DNA of 64,000 nt from Eledone cirrhosa. Taxonomy: Eukaryota. The position numbers were made by a program, and so were the translations under genes. Within the stretch, counting starts at the first letter, position 1. The number at the start of each line of letters is the position of its first letter. This document shows positions 52,201 to 64,000 of this stretch, piece after piece. The notes under the pieces were generated by a model. It was not told where the DNA came from. It made no database searches and saw only the letters and a list, made by a program, of their open reading frames with translations. The stretch is taken from contig OZ024743.1 in NCBI GenBank assembly GCA_964016885.1, positions 295,430,001-295,494,000 of the forward strand, written 5' to 3'.

Positions 52201-53776
52201 AGCTGCGAAAAGTGAGAGCAGGATACAAGTTGGGAAAGGGAGAGCTTACCATCAATCACCTCCTCTTCATGGACGATCTTAAGCTCTTCGGGAAAAGTGA
52301 GAAGGAGTTGGATGTGCTTGTTGACACTGTCCGTATTTTCAGCAGTGATATATGTATGCAGTTTGGTATTAGTAAATGTGGAGTCATTGTGATGAGGAGG
52401 GGTAGGTTGAGCAGAAGTAACGGGATCCAGATACCAACAGGTGAGATGATAAAGGAAATTGACTCTGAGGAAGGATACAAGTATTTGGGCGTTCTGGAGG
52501 CTGATGGCATAAAGAACAAAAAAATGAAGGAATTGTTAAGAACTGAATACATTCGGAGAGTAAGGAGCGTATTGAAGTCACATCTGAACAGCAGAAATGC
52601 CATAAGCGCAGTAAATTCCCGAGCTGTGTCTATTATTAGGTACAGTGCGGGAATTCTGAGATGGAATGTTGCTGAACAAAAAGAAATGGATAGGAAGACT
52701 AGGAAGCTATTGACTATCTACAACATGTTCCACAAGAGGAGTGATGTCGATAGACTCTACCTAAGGAGATCTGAGGGTGAACGAGGTCTTATCAGCATAG
52801 AGGACTGTGTTCAGATGGAGAAAAACAACCTATACAAATACGTGACCTATAGTAAGGAGCCAATGCTCAGAACTGTACTGAAGGAGGGGACAATAGACCA
52901 GGGGATGTCCAAGGAGGAAATAACATCAAGGAGGAAGAGCAGCCTTAAGGGAAAATCCCTTCATAGTACCTTCTTTGAGAAAACTGAATTTAGAGATCCA
53001 CAGACATGGAACTGGTTGAGAAGAGGAGACCTCAAAAAGGCTACAGAAGGAATGCTAATGGCTGCGCAAGAGCAGGCCCTCAAAACGAAGTGGTTGAAGC
53101 ACCATATTTACAAGGAGGCTAGCCCACTGTGCAGGATCTGTGGAGAGAGAGAGGAGACTGTGGCTCACATTGTGTCCGAGTGTAAACACCTATCCCAGAC
53201 CCACTATAAGGGCTGGAGACACGATTTGATGGGCAGGGTGATCCACTGGCACCTGTGCAAAGTAAACAATTTACCACATTCTGAGAAATGGTATGAGCAT
53301 AGGCCAGAGGCGGTGATGGAGAACAATCAGGTGAAGGTGCTGTGGGATTTTAGGATACAGACGGACAAAAAACTGGAACACAATAGACCTGACCTGGTGG
53401 TTGTGGACAAAGAAAAAAGATCGTGTCTGATTGTGGATGTAGCCTGCCCGTTCGACACGAGAGTGCAAGAGAAGGAGAGGGAGAAAATTAACCGATACCA
53501 GGACCTAAAGTGGGAGGTGAAAAGGATTTGGAACTGCCATGAAGTCAAAGTGATCCCGATTGTCATAGGCTCACTGGGGACTATCTCCAAAAGTTTCCAG
53601 GGATGGTTAAAGAAAATCGGCCCTTTCACGCTTTTTGGAACGCTTCAAAAGGCATGCTTGCTTGGAACAGCAAGAACCCTCCGATACGTCCTGAATATCT
53701 GAGGCTGCAGGTAGTGGCTTGATATTCATTCCAACGGACTTTCCAGTTAACCAACATCAATGACTGAGATTCAAGG
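49246..53776 (+). mobile_element. R4/Dong-like retrotransposon, copy B
   Basis: Same 5' start (GGGAAGAAGACGCACG) and 3' end as copy A. Flanked by (AAT)n. Confidence 0.93.
50313..53702 (+). pseudogene. RT-RLE polyprotein of copy B, single in-frame TAG at 51333-51335
   Basis: ORFs 50313-51335 and 51339-53702 are in the same frame. Copy A has CAG at the equivalent codon. Confidence 0.9.
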
Positions 53777-53809
53777 AATAACAACAACAATAATAATAAT
53801 AATAATAAT

Positions 53810-55439
53810 TGCAAGGGCTATTATCCACTGTGGAGCAGTTCAGTGATGACATTAAAATGGAGTTTGGACTAGATAAATGCGCCAAAGTAACGTTCACCAG
53901 AGGAAAGCTGCTGAAAAGTTCAGACATTAATCTTGATCGGGGGAATGTGATAAGAGAACTTGATCAAGAGGAAACTTACAAATATCTAGGTGTTTGTGAC
54001 GGAATCAAGCACTCGACAATGAGGGAAAGGATAAGGAAGTAATGTTACCGCAGAGTAAGAGCAATCTTAAGAACGGAATTGAATGTAAGGAATAGGATCG
54101 ATGCCATAAACACGCTTGCCATACCAGTAGTAACCTACAGCTACAATGTCATCAACTGGTCAACCACAGAGATCCGTAGGCTCGATACAAAAATTCGAAA
54201 ATTCTTAACCATGCACAGAATGCATCACCCTAAGGCAGATACAGATAGAATATATCTCCCTAGGAAAGAAGGAGGACGTGGGTTAATCCAGTTAGACATT
54301 GCGTTGAAAACTGCAACAATTGAATTATCTACATATGTAAGGGAATCACATGATTGGATGATCAAACTCGTTTTGAAAAACGAAAGCATCAAAAGATCAT
54401 ATTCCATTACAAAAGATGCACAAAGATACAGTAATGGACTACACATTTCAGAAGTCCCATTTACTGCTGAAATGGAAAACACAGAAAAAGCAAAGCAGGT
54501 AAGAGTAACTGCAAAGAAAGAACTGCTACAGAAACTGGCTAAGAAATGGCAAGGGAAGCCTCTGTATGGAAAATACCCAGAGCGAGCTAACAATCCTGAT
54601 GTTGACAAAACTTTAACCCATCAGTGGTTGGCATCCTCTGGACTGAAATCGGAGACTGAAGGACTGATTATATCAGCACAAGATCAGTGTCTGCCAACAA
54701 AAAATTACCAAGCCAACATAATAAAAAAATGGATGCAGCCCATTATGCCGTGTATGTAAAAAACAACCAGAGACCATTGACCATATAATTTCAATGTGCA
54801 GTCCTATAGCTCCAACCGAATACCTAAATAGGCATGACAGAGCTTCACAATACATACATTGGATAATGTGTAAGCATTTTGACCTGCCCCATCAAAAGAA
54901 TTGGTGGGAGCATCAACCACCTCCCATACTTGAAAAAGATCACATCTCAATCTTGTGGAACCGAAAAATAGATGCAAATAGACCTGATATAATATTGAAG
55001 GACTTTAAAAAGAGGGTATGCCTGCTAATTGATATGTCCGTTCCAATAGACAAGAATGTATCTAGAAAAACATTTGAAAAATTGAGCAAGTATAAGGACC
55101 TGGAGATAGAAATTTGAAAAATGTGGAAATTGAGAGCTAAAACAATACCAGTGGTTGTAGGCGCTCTAGGACTGATACCTAAGGGGTCTAATGATTACTT
55201 ATCGCAAATCCCAGGAAACCCGCGTATAGGAGAAATACAAAAGATAGTACTAATGGGACCTGCCCATATACTAAGGAAGATTCTGTCAATCTAAGTACAT
55301 CACAAGTCTAAACACCTAAAGATGCATGTGTGATTATCTATGTTCTTTCTTGAACATGGCGGACCTTGTTGTCTCTTGAGGTCACTGGTTGTGACTTGGT
55401 GATAACTCGTAGGAACATAAAGCAAGATAAATGCAGCTA
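53810..55439 (+). mobile_element. 5'-truncated R4/Dong-like element of a different family (copy C)
   Basis: FGLDKCA, YKYLGV, RIYLPRKEGGRGL, AQDQCL, RHD, NRPDI, KLSKYKDL. Preceded and followed by (AAT)n, then (GAA)n. Confidence 0.88.
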
Positions 55440-55454
55440 TAATAATAATAATAA

Positions 55455-55508
<54 letters not shown>

Positions 55509-55722
55509 GAAGAAGAAGAAGAAGAAGAAAGGGGGGAGGGCGTGTGGTTGAGAGGGGGGTCGGTTATGGGGATGATGAGGAGGTGGGGAGGAGGAGGTGG
55601 ACGTGGAAGAGGAGGACGGGAAGGGGGAGAAGGATGGGGGAAGGAGGAGGAGAAGAACAAGAAAGAGGAGGAGGAGGAACAGAAGGAGGAGAAGAAAAAG
55701 AAAAAGAAGAAGAAGAAGAAGT
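55439..55722. repeat. (AAT)n-(GAA)n-purine-rich low-complexity tract
   Basis: Direct reading. Confidence 0.9.
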
Positions 55723-56186
55723 TTTAGTTGTGCAATAGACGAAAAAAACACAACTATGGGTTAGCTGTTGAATATGTGTCTGCTTTCTTTGCAGGCCTTT
55801 CGACACATTACCATTGCTAGAATTAATCTTTCCCCTAGTTACCTAGCGGTAACTTCATGAATTCCGGGTAGATGTATTCTAGGGAGAAACATTTGATAAT
55901 ACCTTATTGTGGTATTGTCTATATAGACGCCAAATAAATGTAAAATTTGCAAATCAGCCTATGGAGTCTAGCAACTAAATAATGTAGCAGCATTCAGTAA
56001 TCTATACAATGAAATTATATGAAATTACAGAGGGATAATGTGATTGGTATTCGGGGTCATAGCGACCCGGTGATGTTTAAATCTTTCATATTTGTGATAG
56101 GAGGACGTAGAAAACGATAGCTCCCTAAACAGGATTTTAGCGTATATTGATTCTGTAGAATGGTCTGAAATTTTGGTAAAAATATC

Positions 56187-56388
56187 TACGAAGGTCGACT
56201 GAAAAGTTGATAGGCTGCCTATGAAGGTGGGATGCTAGAGCTCTGAAATATTGCAATCATTAATTTCACCTATTCTTATTAATAACAACATTGTTTCTTT
56301 CCAGGGATTATGTTGAAAAATATACCTCATTTGGTCCTTCCATGAGAGTATCTTGGTCAGCCCGTTAACATTTTAGCCGACCCTTGTA
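56187..56388. mobile_element. Mariner-type MITE
   Basis: TA-bounded imperfect TIRs TACGAAGGTCGACTGAAAA / TTTTAGCCGACCCTTGTA. Related inverted copy at 58433-58648. Confidence 0.65.
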
Positions 56389-57325
56389 CATTAAACATTT
56401 TGCCTGCGTGTTTTGTCGAGGAATCAGGGCGCCCGTCCTGTGAAGGACGCCAGTGAATAAAAATAAAACGTGGAGGATTTTCCTCAGCTCAATAATATTG
56501 CTATCTAAGTTACTCTTTAAGTTAACAGCTAGCAAAAACCGTATATTTGTTAGGAGCCAGCTTACTCTTATTTTAATTGCATTAAACTTTATTTAATAAC
56601 CATTTTTAAGATAATCGGAGTTGTAATTTGTTATTATCTGAACGTTTAAAATAAATATAAACAGGCATAGCGTGGGATAATTTGGTGTTACGAAATTTCA
56701 GAATTAAATTGGTGCTTTTTAATTTCCTTTTCATCAGCATGATAGTATTTGCTGAATGAAAAAAACATTAAATGCCCTGGAGAAATAGTGGCATACGAGA
56801 TTAAACTTTATTAACAGCAACATGATTACTAGCATAAAGTAAAAAAGGAAAATGTAAACAAACTTTGCTGAAACACGCAATTCCTCTTTGAACACATTAT
56901 ATGAAATGTAGAAAGTTTATAACTGACAAGTGTATAATAGCTTTTCTGATTAAACTCTTGCCGCCAACTAGATTTCTAGAATTCCTGAATTCTGGCTAGG
57001 AATATGCTGTAGAAGATAATAGTCATGATAGTTTTGAATTACAATTAATTTCCACGTCATATACCTGACAAAGTATAACGACCGCACGTATATTTATATT
57101 TATATATATATATATATATATAAGTATGTACACGTACATACATATATGTATACAGACGTACAGTAGTATGTATATATATATACATACATGCACACATATA
57201 TATATGTAGGTATGGATTCACCGAACATTTATTATAATGCTCGGTGTGTTTGTAAACAAACATCCCGTATTAAGCCGTAGTGTCCATCAACCATCTTTGC
57301 TCGTTTGTTCAACACTGACAAAGGA

Positions 57326-57368
57326 ACGCTGTACTAGTTTCAAGCTTATTAGCTATCGTCAGCAACGT
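57326..57368 (-). ncRNA. Minimal type I hammerhead ribozyme
   Basis: ACGTTG-CTGACGA-T AGCT AATA AGCT T-GAAA-CTAG-TA-CAGCGT: 6-bp stem I with one G:U, palindromic stem III, GUA cleavage triplet. Confidence 0.88.
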
Positions 57369-57747
57369 ATACCTTCCTGCCAGATTGTTGAACGTATATA
57401 CTTACCTTATGCATATTAACGGCTGAGAAGCCCAAGTTGCATATCGAGTGGGTTAATCGGCCGGGTGCACCGAAAACGATAAACGGAAAAAATGAAACGA
57501 AATTTCATTTCCCACTCTTAGTATGGCTGTTACTTAAATATAAGTATGTACACGTACATACATATATGTATACAGGCGTACAGTAGTATGTATATATACA
57601 TACATACATGCACACATATATATATATGTACGTATGGATTCAGCGAACATTTATTATAATGCTCGGAGTGTTTGTAAACAAACATCCCGTATTAAGCCGT
57701 AGTGTCCAGCAACCATCGTTGCTTGTTTGTTCAACACTGACAAAGGA

Positions 57748-57790
57748 ACGCTGAACTAGTTTCAAGCTTATTAGCTATCGTCAGCAACGT
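57748..57790 (-). ncRNA. Minimal type I hammerhead ribozyme (second unit)
   Basis: Identical to 57326-57368 except for a GUU cleavage triplet. Confidence 0.83.
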
Positions 57791-58096
57791 ATACCTTCCT
57801 TCCAGATTGTTGAGCGTATAAACTTACCTTATGCATATTAACGGCTGAGAAGCCCAATTTGCATATCGAGTGGGTTAATCGGCCGGGTGCACCGAAAACG
57901 ATAAACGGAAAAAATGAAACGAAATTTAATTTCCCACTCTTAGTACGGCTGTTACTTAAATATAAGTATGTACACGTACATACATATATGTATACAGACG
58001 TACAGTAGTATGTATATATATATACATACATGCACACATATATATATATATGTACGTATGGATTCACCGAACATTTATTATAATGCTCGGTGTGTT

Positions 58097-58147
<51 letters not shown>

Positions 58148-58432
58148 CAGTCTCAGTTGAAATTTATCATACAGTGGTCCGCTATTAGATTCGCGGCTGT
58201 TGCATTAAAACTTTGCAATGTCTGTCCTTGTTTCAAAGACATTGGCTTTGTTTCTCTCGAGAAATATGTTTGCTGCTGAGTGTTATTTATTATTTGTGAA
58301 TTATTAGTATTGTCAGATGGGACTAAGACAAATTGAAATAAATTAATAGCAAAGAATGAGAATATCATTTCATAAAATGATTACGATATTGTACAAGCTC
58401 GTGAATTATTGTACCATTAATATTTCAGTAAC

Positions 58433-58648
58433 TACGAAGGTCGGTTGAATATTTCATAGGATGAAACGTACATATGCTGCCAAGACACTCTCATGGAATG
58501 ACAAAGTGAGGTTCAATTTTCAACAAAATATTACAAAGAAGCAACGTAGTTGTTAATATGAAGAGAAGAAGCTAATGCAAGCAAGATTTCAGAGCTCTAG
58601 CATCATTCCTTCATAGTCAGCATATGAAGCTTTCAGCCCTCACACGTA
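58433..58648. mobile_element. Mariner-type MITE, degenerate
   Basis: Starts TACGAAGGTCGGTTGAA. Contains TTTCAGAGCTCTAGCATC, the reverse complement of the segment at ~56231-56249. Confidence 0.6.
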
Positions 58649-58837
58649 TTTATTTTCTTAGTAAGAGTAAATACAATCACTAAAATGCGGAAATATTCAA
58701 TTTTGCCAATATTCGATTAGATTACATATTACACTTAAGAAAATTTGATTTTGGAATTAATATTCAATGCTTCTCTTATTTATCAAATTTGATAAATGCT
58801 CCAAAGTATTATTATTACAATTGTTAAAAGAGTTTGG

Positions 58838-59060
58838 GGTTGGCAGTATTGGTAGAGCACCTCACAATATGCTTTGCGGTATACAGTTACGGCCCTTTAC
58901 CTTCTAAGTTCAAATCTCACCAAGGATAGTTTTGCCTGTCTTCCTTACGAGGTCGAAAAAATAAAGTACCAGTAACGCATTGGTGGATAGGGGGGGGGGA
59001 TTTAATCAACTTTCCTTCGCCAAACTTGCTGGACTTGTGCCTAAATCAGAAACCGTTATT
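58838..59060 (+). mobile_element. Octopus-type SINE, diverged; a second older copy follows to ~59280
   Basis: TTGGCAGTATTGGTAGAG...AAGTTCAAATCTC...AAAATAAAGTACCAGTAA...GTGCCTAAATCAGAAAC. Confidence 0.7.
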
Positions 59061-61596
59061 ATTGTTATTAGGGCGGTAGGTTTGCAGAATCATGTTGGTC
59101 ACTTGAATTGCAGTGAAGTCTTTCATTAAGACTATCTACATTCAGGTTTTAAATTATGCCGTGGTCAACTTTGGATTTCATCAACCTGGGATTGATAAAA
59201 GTAAGTATTATGGTCTGTATAATATTGTTTCCCCTTCCTCCAAATATAATTGGACTTTTGCCTAAACTAGAAACTAATATTATTTTTAATGTTATTATTG
59301 TTGGACGCCCCTCTTCCTTGCACCGAAGACGAATGTTCCTTTTAGTTGACCAACAAAACAGCCTCTGCTTGTAGAATTATCGCTCATGTAGTACTCTGAG
59401 AAATTAAGCGTGACACAGTGTATATTCCAACTGAGTGGACTCGAGCAACCTGAAATAAACTATATTGCTGAAAAACACAGCGCAGCTACGAGAATCGATC
59501 TCACAACATGTGCACAAGTCAGTCTTTTAAAACATGGATATTTAAAGGAGGGGACGTTGTGTGAGACTGCGGCATCGAAGCACAGGCTACGCAGCACAGG
59601 CTACGCAGCACCTCCTGAAATCCCCCCCGCTGGAAAGCCCCTGCACAGCGTTGGACTTGGCAGAATTTAATGAGAAAGGATAGCAATGTTTTCAGCTGTG
59701 GTGGAACCATATCTAGTCAAGCTCTGTAACTGACACTCTTGTGGACACGATAAGAAGAAGAATGTTCATGAACCAAAAATACTAAGCCCTGAGACATTCA
59801 TTCCAACATTTATTTATATGATGTGTGATTTCTTCAAACTCTTAGCGTCGAGAACATTTATTTTGCTAGTGAATCAACGATGAATATTAATTCCACAAAT
59901 ATTTAGCTTTTGTATCGAATCTTGATGTTGTCCTGTTCCACAAACCAAAGATAATTAATGCGATAATTTAATCATAGAAACTATATTTCAGCTAATTTTC
60001 CATAAAGCATATCCATATTATATATCATTAAAATAGTACAAATTATCAACATAATATATTGTTTTCAGGTAAGATTTTGTGGTAGAGAAATTCGTTCTGC
60101 AACCATGCGATTTCGGGATCATTTCCAATATGTGACACATTAGGTAGGTATTTATTAATATAGCCCCCGGTTGAGCAGTGGGTTCTGAATGAACTTTTTA
60201 GACAGAAACTGTGCAGAAGCTCATCTCTCTCTCCCTCTCTCTATATATATATGTGTGTGTGTATGTGTGTATTTGTGTGTGTGTGTCTGTGTGTGTGCTT
60301 CTTTTCTGAGTTTTTGTATGTGTGTGGTGTGTGTATCTATTTGTGTTGCTGTATGTGTGCGTGTGTGCGTACGCCCATCCGTGTCTGTATTCACATGTGT
60401 TTGTACCTTTGCTCATTTGCTTTACCCAAGACGTTCAACAAAATGAAATAGATAAAAAAAGTACTAGGCTTCAAAAATAAGTAATAGGTTGTATATACGA
60501 TCGTAAATAACTTTAATGTGAAGCCACAGCATGTCCGCATTCTAATGACAGAAACCAGTAAAATAGTATCTGAATATTTACTAAGAAATTCTTATCATTT
60601 GAAATAAATTTTATTTTGTTGGCACTGCAACAATCTTTAGAAAAACATTAACCTAACAATAAACTGATTCTTTTTTCCGATATAAATGTGCATGTATGTG
60701 CCAATGTGGAAAATGTCAATATGTGTGTATTTAGATAGATAGACAATTGTTGAAACATGTTTATAATTAACCAAAAGGCAAGAAAATATATGTATAAAGA
60801 GCACGAGAAAGAAAACGAAACGGACAAAAATAATTTTCAAAAAATATCTTAATCATAGATTCGATATAATCAATAACATATTGTCTTCTGAATAGCATTT
60901 CCTGTGATTGTTTTCTATTGATCTTCAAATCTCACAATCACTTTTCCGCCACCGCTTTTATCGTTTTTTTTTTTTTTTTCATTCTTTCATTTTTATTCTT
61001 TTTACTTACTCTTGATTAAATATTTTTAACTTACATTTTCCTCATTTTTGAATATGGTACTGAGTCCATAAAAAATTGCTAATCCTATTTGATAAAAGGA
61101 CAAAATAACAATAAAATAAAATTTCAATCAAATCAGTTCTTTGGAAGGAAATGAATTCACATAAACTAAAAAAATTATTGGCGAAAGTATCATTGTATAT
61201 TTTTTTATGACGTCTCTCGATATTTTCACTCAGATCAGAAAATTAATTAAAACACAAGAATAAAAAAAAGACACAATACTCAGATTCCTTCTAAATTAGT
61301 AAAACAAAACGAGCAGTAAAAACATAGCATGATGAAGCTTAAACTAAAAAATATGCAATAGCTTCATCTCTATTTTCAATGTATATACTTTAATGTCCTC
61401 ATATGCCACCAAGGTTCATATACAATGCTGACTCTTGACTGAAAGAAATGCTATATTCCGACATTCGTATCTGCGAGTGTGTTCAACGTGACATTATTCT
61501 ATTGTTTAGATTCTAGAGCTAAAATTTATGTAAAATAAAGCATGTAAACATTTAATAAGTTTTTGAAAAAAAAAAAATGTATATATCCGTTCACCT

Positions 61597-62242
61597 GCAG
61601 CACATGGTATCACATCCATCAATCTAGTAAATTTAATAACATATTTCCTCGGCAATTAGTACTGGAAATACCCGCTCTGCAGTATTGTCATTGCTGTGAT
61701 CAAACAAAATAGTTTAGAAAATCTTATGACATTATTTACATCAAACGTTGTACAATACGCTGCTGTACATGACTTGTACAGCAACCTGACTATAAGGAGA
61801 TATATTAAAAATGTAGAGGCATTAATTTCAATTTTCAGCGAAAGAGCTTCCTTGCATTTACAGATATTTAAATTTCTTTACTATTTTATTCACCTATTTC
61901 GTTCTGCACGTCACACCCAACACCTGTTTTGCTCTTTCGCTGTGTTTTGAGAGACAATCAAATGCGTCTTCTGTAATTCCTAGAATATCTGCAAGTACAT
62001 ATTCAACCAAAACATTGCAACATCTTTTCAAAGTCAGACCTGGCCAAGTATTATCTAAATATGAGTCCCAGAATACTACCAAAAGATGGTCAGCCAATGA
62101 AAGGTTTTCATTTCTTTTCCCTAGGTCCCTAAATATTTCTGACGATTTATATTTCAAGTAAGTATTACCTCACCTTCCCAACGAACAGATATGTAAAGGT
62201 GGTGCCCGGGATGATAACAAGGGAGATATGGTGGAAATCAAC
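61597..62242 (-). pseudogene. Candidate decayed host exons with death-domain-like patterns
   Basis: Acceptor CAATTTACAG (62243), donor GTGAAT (61893), ~104-nt AT-rich intron ending CTCCTTATAG (61790), donor GTGAAC (~61596). Peptides SLADHLLVVFW..NTWPGL..LADIL and TILFDHSNDNTAERVFPVL. Stops and frameshifts present, so weak. Confidence 0.3.
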
Positions 62243-64000
62243 TGTAAATTGATTAACCAGTAATTGAAACTGTATCAAGATGCCAAAAATTACCACTTGT
62301 TCTATTGTATTCCAGAACCGACTGACTTCAAATAAACAGCGGTCATTTTACTTAAACATACATTGACCTATCCACTAAAACAAATTTTCCAGTACGTCCA
62401 AAAAAAGACATACATGAAGAAATCTCAATGGAAATTTAAATAAACGTCAGGAAACGACGTAGATGTAATCCAATATTCCTTTTAAATATTGAAGGCAAAA
62501 ATAAAATTAAACTAAGTGAAAATAAAATAAATAAAAGAAAATTATAAGAAATATAAAACGTTTACACAAAATCTTTTTCCGATTCAATTAATGAATAAAT
62601 ATTTTGAAAGCCAGAATTTTATTTTTATTTTCTGGAGCTGATTTTCTGATTTATAAATTAGCCATTAAGAGCGAGCATCTTTTTTTTATTTATTCTCATC
62701 TAAATTTTGTGCCATGTATTTTCATTTAATCTTTCTTTCTACTAAATATCTAACGTGAAAGATTTTTAACACGATTAACGAAGAAAAACAATTGAGAATG
62801 CATCTTTCCCTACTTCAGTTCTTCATATGCCACCTGTGCTATTAATTCTTATGATATCGTAATCAGCTTCTCGAGGACCATCATCTAAGCAACAACTTCA
62901 ACAAAATGTATAGACTTAAGAAAAAAATTAATATCATCATAATCAACAACAACTTTTCTGCCAACACCATCATCAGAACCACCAGCAATGCCAACAGGTT
63001 GAATATTAGCCATCTTCAACCTACATATATCCTTCTCACCCTCTTCTTCTTCTCATGTCACTTTCTCCTCTACCTCCTGTTCAGTATCGTCAGCATCCTC
63101 TTTCTCCTCCTCAAAAATGTATTTAATGCTCAAATGTTTAAAACATTGTCCTAATCCTTATCCACGTCAACGATGCATTCAGCATACAAAAAACCTCAAG
63201 CATCACTATCCTCCTTCACCACGATAATAACCATCTTCCTCATCAAACAGAATCATGAGCCATATCATTTAAACCCTACTTCCATCCGCACTAATATTAT
63301 AGAGAATATTAGGATAATTCTTTACACGCATCAAAGCAATCAAGGTTTGCATTCCCACTCCACAAAAAGAACAGCAACGCTGCCACCAAGCAAACTGCTC
63401 AACCAAAGCAACTATCACCAACACAAACGATGTTAAACATTAATAACCAGCAAGAACACAATTGTCAACACAATCGTTACCATAAACTACTAGGAGCTTC
63501 AAAACGGAGTCAGTCACACGTACATCTATATAGAATCACAGAGATACATACATTCCTACACACACAGATACGCATACATACGTGCGTACATACATAAATA
63601 CAGACATATGTACATACAGACAGACAAACAGACAAGTATGCTTCTGTACATTTGCAGAAAGTACAGTTAAACGAAACAGCAATCAAACAATTGAACTCAA
63701 ATGAACTCAGAAATGTAGGCGGGTTGTATCTAATAGACTTGTGAGTACATTCACTTCAAACGTAGCACCATAATTTCACACGTTATAGTATGAGTAAATC
63801 GATACTACGATGTCATGATGGTGTGGATAGCTTGGGACACCGCAGGTACAAGAGAAACATAATTGATAGTTAGAGCTGTAGCCTAATGAAGTGTGTTGCC
63901 CTTGATATATGGAATAGAACATTACTTTTATGTCTTCAAACGGTGAAAATGTCATATTCTTCTATAATAAGAATATAATTAATACAAATACAAGGCTAAA

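Larger units (their letters stand above)
57121..58099 (-). repeat. Tandem repeat, ~421-bp unit x 2.3, one hammerhead per full unit (retrozyme-like)
   Basis: TAAGTATGTACACGTAC recurs at 57121, 57541 and 57963. Units are near-identical and bounded by (TA)n. Confidence 0.9.

Noticed and set aside
57420-57485. Opposite-polarity (plus-strand) hammerhead in the tandem unit, which would imply an ambisense viroid-like RNA
   Set aside because: The box reads CTGAGAA rather than CTGANGA, and no stems I/III could be formed.

Overview
AT-rich eukaryotic DNA, most likely an octopus or other cephalopod genome. This is inferred from the tRNA-derived SINEs and the very long (TA)n/(AAT)n arrays. No intact host gene is evident, and most ORFs in the supplied track are microsatellite or antisense artefacts. 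The window is dominated by retroelements: four Penelope-like elements (PLEs), each with an inverted duplication; a CR1/L2-group LINE with an open 1006-aa ORF2; two diverged L1/Tx1-type LINEs; a tandem trio of R4/Dong-like RLE LINEs separated by (AAT)n; an RTE 3' fragment; SINEs; and mariner-type MITEs. Reading the sequence by eye shows several type I hammerhead ribozyme (HHR) motifs. These include a ~421-bp tandem repeat with one HHR per unit (retrozyme-like, 57.1-58.1 kb) and an HHR inside a TIR-bounded element (28.5-28.8 kb). Both L1/Tx1 copies carry a short GT-AG intron-like segment exactly at the ORF1/ORF2 junction, which in one copy would fuse the two ORFs in frame. There are weak traces of a decayed minus-strand gene with death-domain-like exons. 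All alignments and folds were done by eye, and no database searches were run.
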